Origin: an uncultured Alphaproteobacteria bacterium
GTDB taxonomy: Bacteria; Pseudomonadota; Alphaproteobacteria; Methylaequorales; Methylaequoraceae
Assembly: GCA_902563505.1 (NCBI GenBank)
Contig: CACEXK010000002.1
Coordinates: 134,884 to 198,883, forward strand
DNA: 64,000 nt
Reading direction: 5' to 3'
A model generated the notes under the pieces. It searched no databases. It was given only the letters and a program-made list of their open reading frames with translations, and was not told the origin of the DNA. Every line of letters begins with the position of its first letter. Positions within the stretch are counted from its first letter, which is position 1. Shown piece after piece: positions 26,557 to 36,137 of this stretch. Made by a program: the position numbers and the translations under genes.

Positions 26557-26628
26557 AAAAAAAGAAAACAACCTTGAAAGCCACCCGCCACCACTAGCTT
26601 TATCTGATGGCTTCATGTCGGATGAATT

Positions 26629-27138
26629 TCATTTTGCTGCAAATGGATGTTCAGCAGAATCTTTCTGTGAAACAACATCCTTTGCTTTAGGTTCACCTGA
26701 AACGGCTCTTTCAATCGATTCTTTAGTAGCTTGATAATTGTATTCCTGAATTTTTTTATCATCTTCAGCTAACCAGTGAATAAAAACACCAACAGAGATA
26801 AAAAGATTCTCAGCTTCATCTGCAGGTATTGTTCCTTCTTCAACACAATCCATAACTGCTTTTGCAACACCGTGTTGTGCTGGACCAAACATTTGTACCG
26901 CTTGTTTTGCTCCTTTAATTGTAACTTTATTAAACATACAAGTTGCAGGTTTTGTCATTAAGTTAGGTGCAACAACTGCAAGAAGAGCAGTAAAACCGTC
27001 TTTATTATTGGTAAGTGCATTTGCAAATGCTGTTTCTGCTGGGGTTCCTCTTGGACCGATAATTAAGTCGATATGAGCAACTTCGTTACCATCTCCAACA
27101 AGAGACTCACCCACTAGCATTTTAGTTATTTTAGCCAT
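26629..27138 (-). CDS. fae: formaldehyde-activating enzyme
   Basis: [43 protein letters not shown]... has the classic Fae N-terminus. ATG 27138 is preceded by GGAGG, whereas the ORF track begins 4 codons earlier. Confidence 0.93.
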   Translation of the reverse strand: MAKITKMLVGESLVGDGNEVAHIDLIIGPRGTPAETAFANALTNNKDGFTALLAVVAPNLMTKPATCMFNKVTIKGAKQAVQMFGPAQHGVAKAVMDCVEEGTIPADEAENLFISVGVFIHWLAEDDKKIQEYNYQATKESIERAVSGEPKAKDVVSQKDSAEHPFAAK

Positions 27139-27182
27139 TATTTCCTCCATTAGTTAAGTATTAACAACCCAACATAAATATC

Positions 27183-28019
27183 TTATATCGGAAATTTGAA
27201 TATATCCCTTATTTTATTGATTAGCAAGGTTGTTACAGTTAAATCAGCGCAAGTACCTGGATTATAGTGAAAAACCTTCAGATATTTATCTAATTTTAAT
27301 AATTTAAAATCATATTTTTTTCTTAAATTTAAGCTTTTTTGAATTAATTGACTTTTTTTCATTATTCTTTTTGCTTTTTCATTTCCAAATTTTCTTGAAA
27401 TATGACTATCAACATCGAGACAAAGATAATTCATATAAAGCATTGTTGTGGCCTTGTGGTATGATATTTTTTTATTTAAAGATATGAAGTAAGGAAGGCC
27501 TTTCTCTAAAATCTCAAAGTAATCATCCACATAACATCGAGAAATTCGATCCCAACCAGCTCCAATCTTCATTATTTCTCTGAAATCTAATTTATTATTT
27601 TTATTTGCAACATTACCCTTTCCTTTGTAATTATCTATTCCTGCTGGTTTTAACTTCATTATTGCTTTAAATATAAGTTCACCCTCCTTTCTGGAAATAT
27701 TTTTTAGAGTATTTTTTAATTCCAATTTAAAATTTTTAAGTCGAGATAATGGAATTTTAAGAATCGGTGCACACAATAAAATTATACCTAAATTATAATT
27801 TTCCCCAAGCTCTTCAAAACATTTTGATGCAGATTCATAAATTGATTCTCCCAAGCTTAATTGCTTTTGTGCAAGAATTTCAGATGAAATCTTCGCTGCT
27901 CTCTCAAATTTTTTATGGTCCATACCAATTATTTTTGACTGAATGCTGTGATTTCCTGGTTTTAGAATTCTTAATTCCTCACAACAAGATTCGTAGAATA
28001 ATTTTTTAAGATAAGACAT
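27183..28019 (-). CDS. triphosphoribosyl-dephospho-CoA synthase (CitG/MdcB)-like protein of H4MPT clusters
   Basis: 278 aa with a CitG-like N-terminal motif (EELRILKPGN). Its position matches that in known methylotroph clusters. Confidence 0.6.
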   Translation of the reverse strand: MSYLKKLFYESCCEELRILKPGNHSIQSKIIGMDHKKFERAAKISSEILAQKQLSLGESIYESASKCFEELGENYNLGIILLCAPILKIPLSRLKNFKLELKNTLKNISRKEGELIFKAIMKLKPAGIDNYKGKGNVANKNNKLDFREIMKIGAGWDRISRCYVDDYFEILEKGLPYFISLNKKISYHKATTMLYMNYLCLDVDSHISRKFGNEKAKRIMKKSQLIQKSLNLRKKYDFKLLKLDKYLKVFHYNPGTCADLTVTTLLINKIRDIFKFPI

Positions 28020-28022
28020 TTA

Positions 28023-28886
28023 TTATATTTTTCTTAGAAAATCTTTTACTAAAATTTCAGAAATATTTTTTTCTTCAATTTTTTGAATTCCTTTCCATGA
28101 TGGTATCCCATTAACTTCAATTACATAATAATTTTTTTTGTGGAGTTTAATATCAATCCCACCATAACCTAGATTAAAAACTTTAGAGACTTTAATACAA
28201 ATTTTTTCTAATTTATTTTTTAAAGTGATTTTTTTGGTTTGTGCACCTTGAAAAACATTTGTAATAAAATGTTCCGAAGATCTTTCCATTACAGATATCA
28301 CTCTATGATTGCTTACAAGAACTCTATAATCTGAAAATTTTTTTTCTTCTGATTTCAGAAATCTTTGAAGATAAAAGACATTTCCTTTAGCTTGAATGTT
28401 TGCCGATTTATTTGGATTTGAAATAAGAAATATATCCTTACCTTGTGAACCAAAAATAGGTTTTAGGAGATAATTATATTTTTTATTTGTAGGAAAATTT
28501 TTTAATTGATTTCCTATACTCACAAATGTTTCAGGAGATTTTAATCTATGTATTTCTAATAAACCAGTCGTTCTTATTTTATCTACTGTTTTCTCAATTA
28601 CTGTCGCAGAGTTGTGAACATATATTTTCATTTTTTCAAGAAGGTGAAGAATTGTTAACTTTGTTGTTATTTCCTCTATGGATCCAGTATTTATATATCT
28701 TACCCAGACGCCATCTAATTTAGCTATTTTTTTATTATTCAAAAATGTAATTTTGTTATTTTTGAGTTTTAATAAAAAATCATCAAAGTTTAGCTTGATA
28801 ACATCACAGTTATTTTTTTTTAAAAAAAAATCTATTTCTTCACTATGCCAATCATGCGAATCTGATAGAATACCAATCGAATGCAT
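28023..28886 (-). CDS. mptN: RimK-family ATP-grasp, tetrahydromethanopterin:alpha-L-glutamate ligase-like
   Basis: Has RimK-like organisation (LLKPIFGSQGKDI, GGIDIKLHKKNYYVIEVNGIPSW). Confidence 0.65.
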   Translation of the reverse strand: MHSIGILSDSHDWHSEEIDFFLKKNNCDVIKLNFDDFLLKLKNNKITFLNNKKIAKLDGVWVRYINTGSIEEITTKLTILHLLEKMKIYVHNSATVIEKTVDKIRTTGLLEIHRLKSPETFVSIGNQLKNFPTNKKYNYLLKPIFGSQGKDIFLISNPNKSANIQAKGNVFYLQRFLKSEEKKFSDYRVLVSNHRVISVMERSSEHFITNVFQGAQTKKITLKNKLEKICIKVSKVFNLGYGGIDIKLHKKNYYVIEVNGIPSWKGIQKIEEKNISEILVKDFLRKI

Positions 28887-28890
28887 TTGC

Positions 28891-29862
28891 TTAAGTAAAT
28901 GAGGTTTTAATTAATTTTTCATTAACTTTTCCAGATAAAAATGATTTGCCTGATTCCTGGGAATTAATTATTACTAATGCTGGACTAAACAAAGATCCAT
29001 CAATTTTATAGAAATCACCTCCGTAACTTTCAAAAACTTCTTTAAAAGGCCTGCCATAATCTTTAGAGTTATTACTTGGTAAGTTTTTTGACAAATTTTT
29101 TAAATCTTTATCTGGCCCTTTCATAGTAAGTTGAACAATCCCACCATATATTATGGCATCATTAGTTCTGCCCATACCCATTACAAAATTTTTCGAAATT
29201 GGTGGCAATGGAGCATAACCATGTCCATGAGTAATTCGATCAAGTGGAAATTTTAATTCGTGGACTTTATGAATAGCAACTTCTAAAACTCTGGCAACTA
29301 CTTGAATATTTCCACTAATAGAAGTGGTTGGGGTTAAAATAAAAGTTAAATTTTTAGGTTTGACTTTCGTATCATTAGAAATTTTTTCTACTATTTCTTT
29401 AGGTGGAAATTTATCAACTTCTAAAACAACACAGGTTGAACTTGAATTATCTTCATAATTTAACACTTTAAATATTTTTTCTTTTTGTGCGATTGAGCGA
29501 ACTGGGCCTGAACCAAGCGAGAAGAAATCATCAGTTGACAGACTCCAACCAGCATATTGTGATCCTAGACAAGCCAAAACAGGTCGGGATGAAAAAACTG
29601 AAATACCATAGGATGTTATATTAATTTTTTGATCTGGTACTAAACTCACACTGCCTAAACCACCAAGACATATTTCTGATATTTTTATACCAGCCTCAAT
29701 ACTTCCATCTACTTTTATCCCTGCATCAATTATTCTGCAACCCATAGGTCCATTTGTTATGGAGAGGTTTAGTTTTTTGCTTTCTTTAATTAACATACCT
29801 ACTAACTTGTTTGTATGTTCATTAATTTTATATTCCATTATATTAACTTTAATATTTTTCAA
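28891..29862 (-). CDS. mch: methenyl-H4MPT cyclohydrolase
   Basis: About 320 aa with Mch-like segments (GCRIIDAGIKVDGSIEAG, CLGGLG, ACLGSQYAGW, FFSLGSGP). An alternative start is ATG 29838. Confidence 0.85.
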   Translation of the reverse strand: MKNIKVNIMEYKINEHTNKLVGMLIKESKKLNLSITNGPMGCRIIDAGIKVDGSIEAGIKISEICLGGLGSVSLVPDQKINITSYGISVFSSRPVLACLGSQYAGWSLSTDDFFSLGSGPVRSIAQKEKIFKVLNYEDNSSSTCVVLEVDKFPPKEIVEKISNDTKVKPKNLTFILTPTTSISGNIQVVARVLEVAIHKVHELKFPLDRITHGHGYAPLPPISKNFVMGMGRTNDAIIYGGIVQLTMKGPDKDLKNLSKNLPSNNSKDYGRPFKEVFESYGGDFYKIDGSLFSPALVIINSQESGKSFLSGKVNEKLIKTSFT

Positions 29863-30895
29863 GATGACTTAGAACTTTATAAGACATTTTTTCTATTTTT
29901 TCACCCAATAAATCTCTTTGTTTAGATTTGAGGTGTAACAGACAAATAGGTTCGTCCGGCATTATTTTATCATAAATGTTAGGTAATTCAGAGAAATTTT
30001 TGGTAGAGTCTAACTCTTTTATAAATTTAAAGTTATCTTTATTTATCAAAATTTTTTTACTTGCATAAAGAATTGTTGTCGAAAAATATAATTCTTTTGA
30101 GATTTTTTTTAATTTACTATTTTCATAATTAGTAAAATCTTTACTTAATTGAGAAATTATATTCATGCTCAAACCAGGCCTTGGATTAATTTCAATCAAA
30201 TAAATTTTTTTTTTATATAAAACCAAATCTATGTTATTTAAACCATTTAGTTTAAAAATATATGATACTCTATTTACTAAATTTTTTAATTTTTTGAAAA
30301 AATCAGAAGTTACATTTTTTGTTATTAAACTTTCAATTAAAAATGGGTTTTTTGTTCTCTTAGACATTAATTGCTCACAGATACACTGTATGAAGGCTGT
30401 ATTGTTTTTGCAAAAAAATTGAACAGACAAAAGTTCACCATTTTTAAGCAATTTCTGATAATACTCATCATGTTTTAATTTTTTTTTAGATTCATCTATT
30501 TTTTTTATCTTTGTTCCTCCGGCTGAAGTAAAACTTTTAACAAGCCAATCGGAGGATTCTGGTCTAGATCTAGTAGATTTTGGGTGAGTGATATTATTCT
30601 TTTCTAATTCTTTGAAAAATAAACCACTTTTTATTTTACTTATGGTTTCATAATCATTCCCTAGGTTTTGCCTGTTAGCTATTATATTTTTTTTAGTAAT
30701 TTCTTCGGCAAAACCAGAACCAATTAGGATTTTTTTATTATTCTTTGGATCTATTAAATTAAGAATAGTGAGTATTTTTTGCTCATCAAAATTTTTAAGT
30801 GTGAAGATTTTTTTACAATATTTTTTTAGATTCAAACTTTTGTGTATACATAATGCAAAAATTGTAAATTTGAGTTTATGAAGTTCTCGTGCCAA
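29849..30895 (-). CDS. ATP-grasp family protein (H4MPT/methylofuran-associated carboligase)
   Basis: Has an ATP-grasp C-terminal motif (NNIDLVLYKKKIYLIEINPRPG). Confidence 0.55.
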   Translation of the reverse strand: MARELHKLKFTIFALCIHKSLNLKKYCKKIFTLKNFDEQKILTILNLIDPKNNKKILIGSGFAEEITKKNIIANRQNLGNDYETISKIKSGLFFKELEKNNITHPKSTRSRPESSDWLVKSFTSAGGTKIKKIDESKKKLKHDEYYQKLLKNGELLSVQFFCKNNTAFIQCICEQLMSKRTKNPFLIESLITKNVTSDFFKKLKNLVNRVSYIFKLNGLNNIDLVLYKKKIYLIEINPRPGLSMNIISQLSKDFTNYENSKLKKISKELYFSTTILYASKKILINKDNFKFIKELDSTKNFSELPNIYDKIMPDEPICLLHLKSKQRDLLGEKIEKMSYKVLSHLEKY

Positions 30896-30936
30896 ATCCT
30901 CACAAGCATTACAAATAATAATAATTTCTTTTTGTT

Positions 30937-31833
30937 TTAAAGTTTTAATATTTCTCTTGCTGTTTTCAAAGCTTCGTCAAAATTGAGGTATAGAGGTTTT
31001 TCAGTTTCACACATTTTTTCAAACATTTTGTATTGAGTTTTCACTTTTATATCACCTGATGTTAATGGTCCAATGTTAAGAGCACCACACGGATGTTTCA
31101 CATCATCATCTTGTAATCCAATACCCTCCAAACCAGCAGGAGGCACTGCATTAACATCAGCTAGAACCATTGCTTTTGATGCGTTATTGAGTTGCTGCAA
31201 GCTTATAACCTGGGTTCCAGCCCTGGCAGCACAAAAAATTATATCAGCCTCTGGAAGATATGATGAATTTAGTTCGTCAGATGATCCATCTCCAGGAGTT
31301 ATATCAACATTAAATCTTGATTTGTACTCCTCAGATTTTTTAGCAACATTATTTATCCCGTCATATCCAACAATAGTGCAATTGGCACCTTCCTTTGCAC
31401 ACATAATTGCAGATATTCCTCCAACTATTCCTTTGCCACCATAAATTATGATATTTTTATTTTTAAAATCAGTATTAAACTTTTCCTTCAGTGTTTTTTC
31501 TGTACATGCAACCATAGCAGCAGCAGTAGTGAATGAGCCAGCAGGATCTGGAAAAACTGAAATCTCAAAAGGAGGAACCATAGAATCTTTTGCCGTATTC
31601 ATCATATCCAGTGCAAGCGATGCATCTTTACCACAAATAAAAATACCAGTTTTTTTTGCATTGGAAACTGATCTAGAAAATATTGCGTCCTGAACAAGGC
31701 CTTTAACATCAGTTAAATTTACATTTGTGTAAGGAATTACTAGGTCATATCCAGCATCACAGGCCATATTAACATCGAATGGACTTACATTTTCTTGTGG
31801 GCTTATCATATGTAAAATATTTTTCTTCTGCAT
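30937..31833 (-). CDS. mtdB: NAD(P)-dependent methylene-H4MPT dehydrogenase
   Basis: The N-terminus ILHMISPQENVSPFDVNMACDAGYD and a Rossmann segment (IYGGKGIVGG) match the MtdA/MtdB family. I assign MtdB from the context next to mch and fae. Confidence 0.8.
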   Translation of the reverse strand: MQKKNILHMISPQENVSPFDVNMACDAGYDLVIPYTNVNLTDVKGLVQDAIFSRSVSNAKKTGIFICGKDASLALDMMNTAKDSMVPPFEISVFPDPAGSFTTAAAMVACTEKTLKEKFNTDFKNKNIIIYGGKGIVGGISAIMCAKEGANCTIVGYDGINNVAKKSEEYKSRFNVDITPGDGSSDELNSSYLPEADIIFCAARAGTQVISLQQLNNASKAMVLADVNAVPPAGLEGIGLQDDDVKHPCGALNIGPLTSGDIKVKTQYKMFEKMCETEKPLYLNFDEALKTAREILKL

Positions 31834-31840
31834 TTTTTTC

Positions 31841-32803
31841 CTAACTCTTAAGTGTTCTTCCTATATTTCTTCCATCTGTTTTAGTCAATGAAATTTCCTT
31901 AAATCGTTTTAATTTAATATAACTTTCTAATTCATTAAACAACTCATTTCTTTCTTTAACGGTTTTACAAAAAACAAAACCTGTAGGTCCCCAGGATGAT
32001 TGACCATAACCTTGAATACCTTTTTTATTCAAATGAGAGAAAATTTTTTTTATTTTTGAACTAGCATAAAGATTACTATCACCGTAAAAAATTTTTGACA
32101 TATTTTTTTGAACCAATCTTATACCTTCAGAAAATTCCTCAAAATTTTTTTCTAAAATCCCTGGAATTACTTTCATTAAAACAGCTTTGCAATTTTGATT
32201 AACGAATTTTGAATGAACAGTCTTTAATTTTTTGAACTGTTGTGATTCATTTGTCCCAGAAGTTCCTACTAAAGTATTATCGAATATAAGAATAATTTTC
32301 CAGGTTTGTGGCCATTTCAAATTGAGAAATTTTAAAGGTAGATTTTTTGATTTTTTATTTTTACCCAAATCAATGATGAATCCTCCAGATTCGAATGCTT
32401 CTATTCCAATTCCAGATCTATTTCCTCTGTTTAGCACTTCTGATATCTGATTAATATCCATTTTCAAATTATTTAGCTGTGATATTAAAAAACCTACAGA
32501 CAAAGATAACTGAGTTCCTGAACCTAACCCTTGGTGGGTGGGTATGAATTTTTTCACAATAATTTTACATTTCTTAATTTTTTTAATTTTTGAAAAAATT
32601 CCAAGTATGTCCTGAATTTTTAACTTTACATCAAGGTTTTTTGATTCTACTTCAAATTTTTTATTTTCCTGAATAGTAATTATATCTTCAAATTTTGAAA
32701 TCGTTAGTCCTAAACTCCCAAAAATCCGTGGAGAACTTTGATTAAGTTCTAAGAAACCCAGATGTATTCTCGAAGGGCTTTTTAAAATTATTCTTTTTTT
32801 CAC
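31841..32803 (-). CDS. mptG: beta-ribofuranosylaminobenzene 5'-phosphate synthase
   Basis: Has a GHMP-kinase-like motif (PTHQGLGSGTQLSLSVG) and an N-terminal PSRIHLGF motif. Confidence 0.8.
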   Translation of the reverse strand: MKKRIILKSPSRIHLGFLELNQSSPRIFGSLGLTISKFEDIITIQENKKFEVESKNLDVKLKIQDILGIFSKIKKIKKCKIIVKKFIPTHQGLGSGTQLSLSVGFLISQLNNLKMDINQISEVLNRGNRSGIGIEAFESGGFIIDLGKNKKSKNLPLKFLNLKWPQTWKIILIFDNTLVGTSGTNESQQFKKLKTVHSKFVNQNCKAVLMKVIPGILEKNFEEFSEGIRLVQKNMSKIFYGDSNLYASSKIKKIFSHLNKKGIQGYGQSSWGPTGFVFCKTVKERNELFNELESYIKLKRFKEISLTKTDGRNIGRTLKS

Positions 32804-32896
32804 CTATATAAATTTTTTATAATTCATTATTATAGATTATGATTATACAATTATAATCGTTTTTCATGTTTTTTAATTTTTAATTGGAGATTTTTA

Positions 32897-33277
32897 ATGA
32901 GTAAAGGAGAAATCAGAGTTTTTAAAGAATCAGAGATAAATGAAATTCTCGATAAAGATTTTGATGATTGGACATATGACGGAAAATGGATCAGAAAAAC
33001 ATACAAGACTACAAGTTGGAAAGGTACTCTAATGGTAATTAATACAATTGGACATCTGGCAGAGGTGGCTTGGCATCACCCTGATTTAGTAGTCTCATAT
33101 GCTTTTGTGGAAGTTAAGTTAATGAATCATGGTAAAAAAGGAATAACTCAATTAGATTTTGATTTAGCTAAAAAAATAGATGAAGTTGTTTTATGGAATC
33201 CAAAAGATTCTAATTCAAGTTTAGAAGGGACACCTGATGACCCAAAGTTTTCATATGTTAAATACAAAAAGAAATAA
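32897..33277 (+). CDS. pterin-4a-carbinolamine dehydratase-family protein
   Basis: 126 aa with a PCD/DCoH core (W.......L....F.F........F...V...AE...HHPD). The sequence here is HLAEVAWHHPDLVVSYAFVEVKLMNH. Confidence 0.75.
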   Translation: MSKGEIRVFKESEINEILDKDFDDWTYDGKWIRKTYKTTSWKGTLMVINTIGHLAEVAWHHPDLVVSYAFVEVKLMNHGKKGITQLDFDLAKKIDEVVLWNPKDSNSSLEGTPDDPKFSYVKYKKK

Positions 33278-34415
33278 TTCTAAAAAATGTAATTTTTGTT
33301 CAACATTTTGTTTTGATTTTCAAAAAGAATTAAATAAAAAAAATTCTACCAATAATTGTTTGGAATACATAGATAGGGTTCAGAATTACTCTCTTAATTC
33401 TAGACCAATGATCAAAGGAAAAGTTGTAACAATTGAAAAGGCGATTAAGGAATGCAGAAAAATAGTTAAATCCAGTGAAGACATACATCTTGAAGGATTT
33501 AGTTGTGATCAAAAAACAATACAGAATGCACTGCGGTTTGCAGAACAAAAAAAATGTTCAATTAATCATATGCATGGGAAAAAAATAAATAATTTTTTTT
33601 CATCTTTTCAAAGATACGGTGGATCAATTGTCTCATTTAATGAACTTAAAAATAGATCTGATTTTCTAATTTTTATAAATATACATGAAAAATCAATATG
33701 TGATCTTTTTTTGAGAAAATTAGAATGGAGCAATCAAAAAATGAAAAAAAGTTTTTTCTTTTTGAACAAATCAAGGATTGAAAATTTTTTTTTTAATAAT
33801 CTTTTTTTATCAGAAAAAAAGTTAGTAAATTTTCTTAATTTAACAAAAAAATCATTGATGAGTGAAAAAAGAAATAATAAAGATGAACCTTTTATTAATT
33901 TATTATCTAAATCTAAATATCCAGTAATAATTTATAATCTTGAGGAGGATGACCAAATTTTGACAAACTCATTGTTGGATTTCATAAAATTCACGAGCAA
34001 AAAAAAAAGAGTAAGACTTTTTAATTTGTTCGGTCCTGACAATTCAGCTGGTTTTGTTAATTCATGCATAACCAAAACTGGATTTCCTAATGGTATAAAT
34101 TTCTCGGATATTGGAGCCGAATATGAACCTCACAACATTGATGTATCTAAAATGAGTAAATATAAAGATCTACAAATTTATATTTCAAGCTTTGAAAGTT
34201 CTCCAAAAATTAAATATTTCAAAAAAAATGTATTTATTGGAAATCCAAATTTGAAAGATAAGTTTTTTTTTGATGTATATATTCCGACAACCACCCCGGG
34301 AATTGATTCAGAGGGTTTAGTGGTTAGGTCAGATGGGATTAAAATTATAAAATTAAAAAAAATCATAGAGTCTCAGTACATAGAAGCATCGAAAATTTTT
34401 TTAAATTTAATATAA
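33237..34415 (+). CDS. fhcB: formyltransferase/hydrolase complex subunit B (FwdB/FmdB homolog)
   Basis: 392 aa, upstream of fhcD and fhcC. The N-terminus keeps a C-x-F-C-x3-C-x-D pattern (CNFCSTFCFD). The start is ambiguous (33237, 33255 or 33408), and the first option overlaps the PCD gene by 41 nt. Confidence 0.7.
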   Translation: MTQSFHMLNTKRNNSKKCNFCSTFCFDFQKELNKKNSTNNCLEYIDRVQNYSLNSRPMIKGKVVTIEKAIKECRKIVKSSEDIHLEGFSCDQKTIQNALRFAEQKKCSINHMHGKKINNFFSSFQRYGGSIVSFNELKNRSDFLIFINIHEKSICDLFLRKLEWSNQKMKKSFFFLNKSRIENFFFNNLFLSEKKLVNFLNLTKKSLMSEKRNNKDEPFINLLSKSKYPVIIYNLEEDDQILTNSLLDFIKFTSKKKRVRLFNLFGPDNSAGFVNSCITKTGFPNGINFSDIGAEYEPHNIDVSKMSKYKDLQIYISSFESSPKIKYFKKNVFIGNPNLKDKFFFDVYIPTTTPGIDSEGLVVRSDGIKIIKLKKIIESQYIEASKIFLNLI

Positions 34416-34422
34416 AGATAAA

Positions 34423-35316
34423 ATGATAAAAAATAAAATTACTATCGAAGATACATTTGCAGAGGCGTTTCCAATGAAGGCCTCAAGATTGATAATAACA
34501 GCACACAACAGCTCTTGGGCAATCAAAGCAGCAGAGTCCTTTACTGGTTTTGCAACATCAGTTATTGCTTGTGGTTGCGAAGCAGGTATAGAAAAAATTC
34601 TTAGTTTCAGAGAAACGCCTGATGGACGACCAGGGGTATCCATTTTAGTTTTTTCTATGTCTTCTAAAGAACTTGCAAAACAAATTTTAAATAGGGCAGG
34701 ACAATGTGTAATGACATCCCCGACATCATCACTTTTTTCTGGTAATGATGGCGATATAAAAATTGAGTTAGGAAAATCATTAAGGTATTTTGGTGATGGT
34801 TACCAAATTTCTAAGATTGTTAATGGAAAAAGATTCTGGAGAATTCCCGTCATGGATGGTGAATTTTTGTGTGAAGAATTTGCGTATCAGCAACCAGCTA
34901 TTGGAGGTGGAAACTTTCTAATTATTGGTAAAAACATAGATGGGGTTCTCAAGGCAGCGGAAAATGCTGTGAATCAAATAAAGAAAATTAAAAATATAAT
35001 TTTACCATTTCCCGGTGGTATTGTTAGGTCTGGATCAAAAGTTGGTTCTAAATACAAAAGTTTAATAGCATCAACAAATTTTGATTACTGCCCTACTTTG
35101 CGGGGTATGGTCAAGGTAAAGATCAGTGAGAATGCAGGTTGTGTTTTAGAAATTGTAATTGACGGTTTGGAAAAGAAGGATATTGAAAAAGCAATGAAGG
35201 TTGGAATCAATACTATTCTACACTCAGGAAATAAAGATATTCTTGCGATTTCAGCAGGAAATTATGGTGGAAAACTTGGCCCCTATTTATTTAATTTACT
35301 CAAAATAGTCAAATGA
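34423..35316 (+). CDS. fhcD: formylmethanofuran:H4MPT formyltransferase (Fhc subunit D)
   Basis: 297 aa with an Ftr-like N-terminus (IEDTFAEAFPMKASRLIITA...WA..AA..FTGFATSVI.CG.EAGIE). Confidence 0.85.
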   Translation: MIKNKITIEDTFAEAFPMKASRLIITAHNSSWAIKAAESFTGFATSVIACGCEAGIEKILSFRETPDGRPGVSILVFSMSSKELAKQILNRAGQCVMTSPTSSLFSGNDGDIKIELGKSLRYFGDGYQISKIVNGKRFWRIPVMDGEFLCEEFAYQQPAIGGGNFLIIGKNIDGVLKAAENAVNQIKKIKNIILPFPGGIVRSGSKVGSKYKSLIASTNFDYCPTLRGMVKVKISENAGCVLEIVIDGLEKKDIEKAMKVGINTILHSGNKDILAISAGNYGGKLGPYLFNLLKIVK

Positions 35317-36137
35317 AAAAAATTATACTTAAGTCATTGAAGAAAATAGACGGGCTCCTTAATTTAAAAAATCTGAGCCTTATGAATGAGAAAAAAATAA
35401 ATACCAGAAATATCGGACAAATTCTTTTGATATATAAAAATAAAGAAATTAAGTTATCCGAAATTTTCTCAATAAAAATTATTGAAAATAAAAAGGAAGA
35501 GAATGAAATAAATGTCAAAGGCTGCAACAGTTTTTGTAATTATTTAGGTTACAAATGGAAAAAAGATATCTTAACTGTCGAATCTAATCTTGGGTCATAT
35601 GTTGGAAAAAAAATGCAAGGTGGGGAAATAAGAGTAAAAGGGTCTGTTGAGGATTTTTTAGGTTCTGGAATGCTGGGTGGAAAAATAATTATAAGAGGAA
35701 ATGCAAAAGATTATGTTGGATCAGCATCATTTGGTGAAAAAACAGGAATGAATGGAGGTGAGATTTTCATTTCTGGTGATATCGGCAAATATGCCTGTAA
35801 TTTTATGAGAAGAGGGTTTGTAATAATCAAAGGAAATGTTGATGCATACTGTTGTTTTAATATGATTTCTGGAACTTTGATAGCATTTGGTAATGTCGAG
35901 AAAAATTTTGGTATTTCGATGAGAAGAGGTACTTTAATTTTTTATAAAGCTAATTTTGTAGATGTAAATAATTTTATAAAATCTGGTGAATTTGACTTTA
36001 GCTACATCAGTTTAATTGAGACATATCTATTTAAGGAGTATCTCATTAAATTTCCAAAAAATAATATTAGATTTATAAAATACTCAGGTGACAAAAATCT
36101 TAGTGGTCTTGGAGAAATTTTTATTAAAAATATCTAG
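35313..36137 (+). CDS. fhcC: formyltransferase/hydrolase complex subunit C (FwdC homolog)
   Basis: Has GXXGGX beta-helix repeats (MQGGEIRVKGSVEDFLGSGMLGGKIIIRGNAKDYVGS...MNGGEIFISGD). Confidence 0.85.
   Translation: MKKIILKSLKKIDGLLNLKNLSLMNEKKINTRNIGQILLIYKNKEIKLSEIFSIKIIENKKEENEINVKGCNSFCNYLGYKWKKDILTVESNLGSYVGKKMQGGEIRVKGSVEDFLGSGMLGGKIIIRGNAKDYVGSASFGEKTGMNGGEIFISGDIGKYACNFMRRGFVIIKGNVDAYCCFNMISGTLIAFGNVEKNFGISMRRGTLIFYKANFVDVNNFIKSGEFDFSYISLIETYLFKEYLIKFPKNNIRFIKYSGDKNLSGLGEIFIKNI

Noticed and set aside
26534-26734. 66-aa plus-strand ORF after the HisA/F-like gene
   Set aside because: It overlaps the fae 3' end in antisense and begins inside the terminator hairpin.
31073-31444. 123-aa plus-strand ORF, and an 81-aa ORF at 31448-31693
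   Set aside because: Both are antisense within mtdB. They have no start context and a low-complexity composition.
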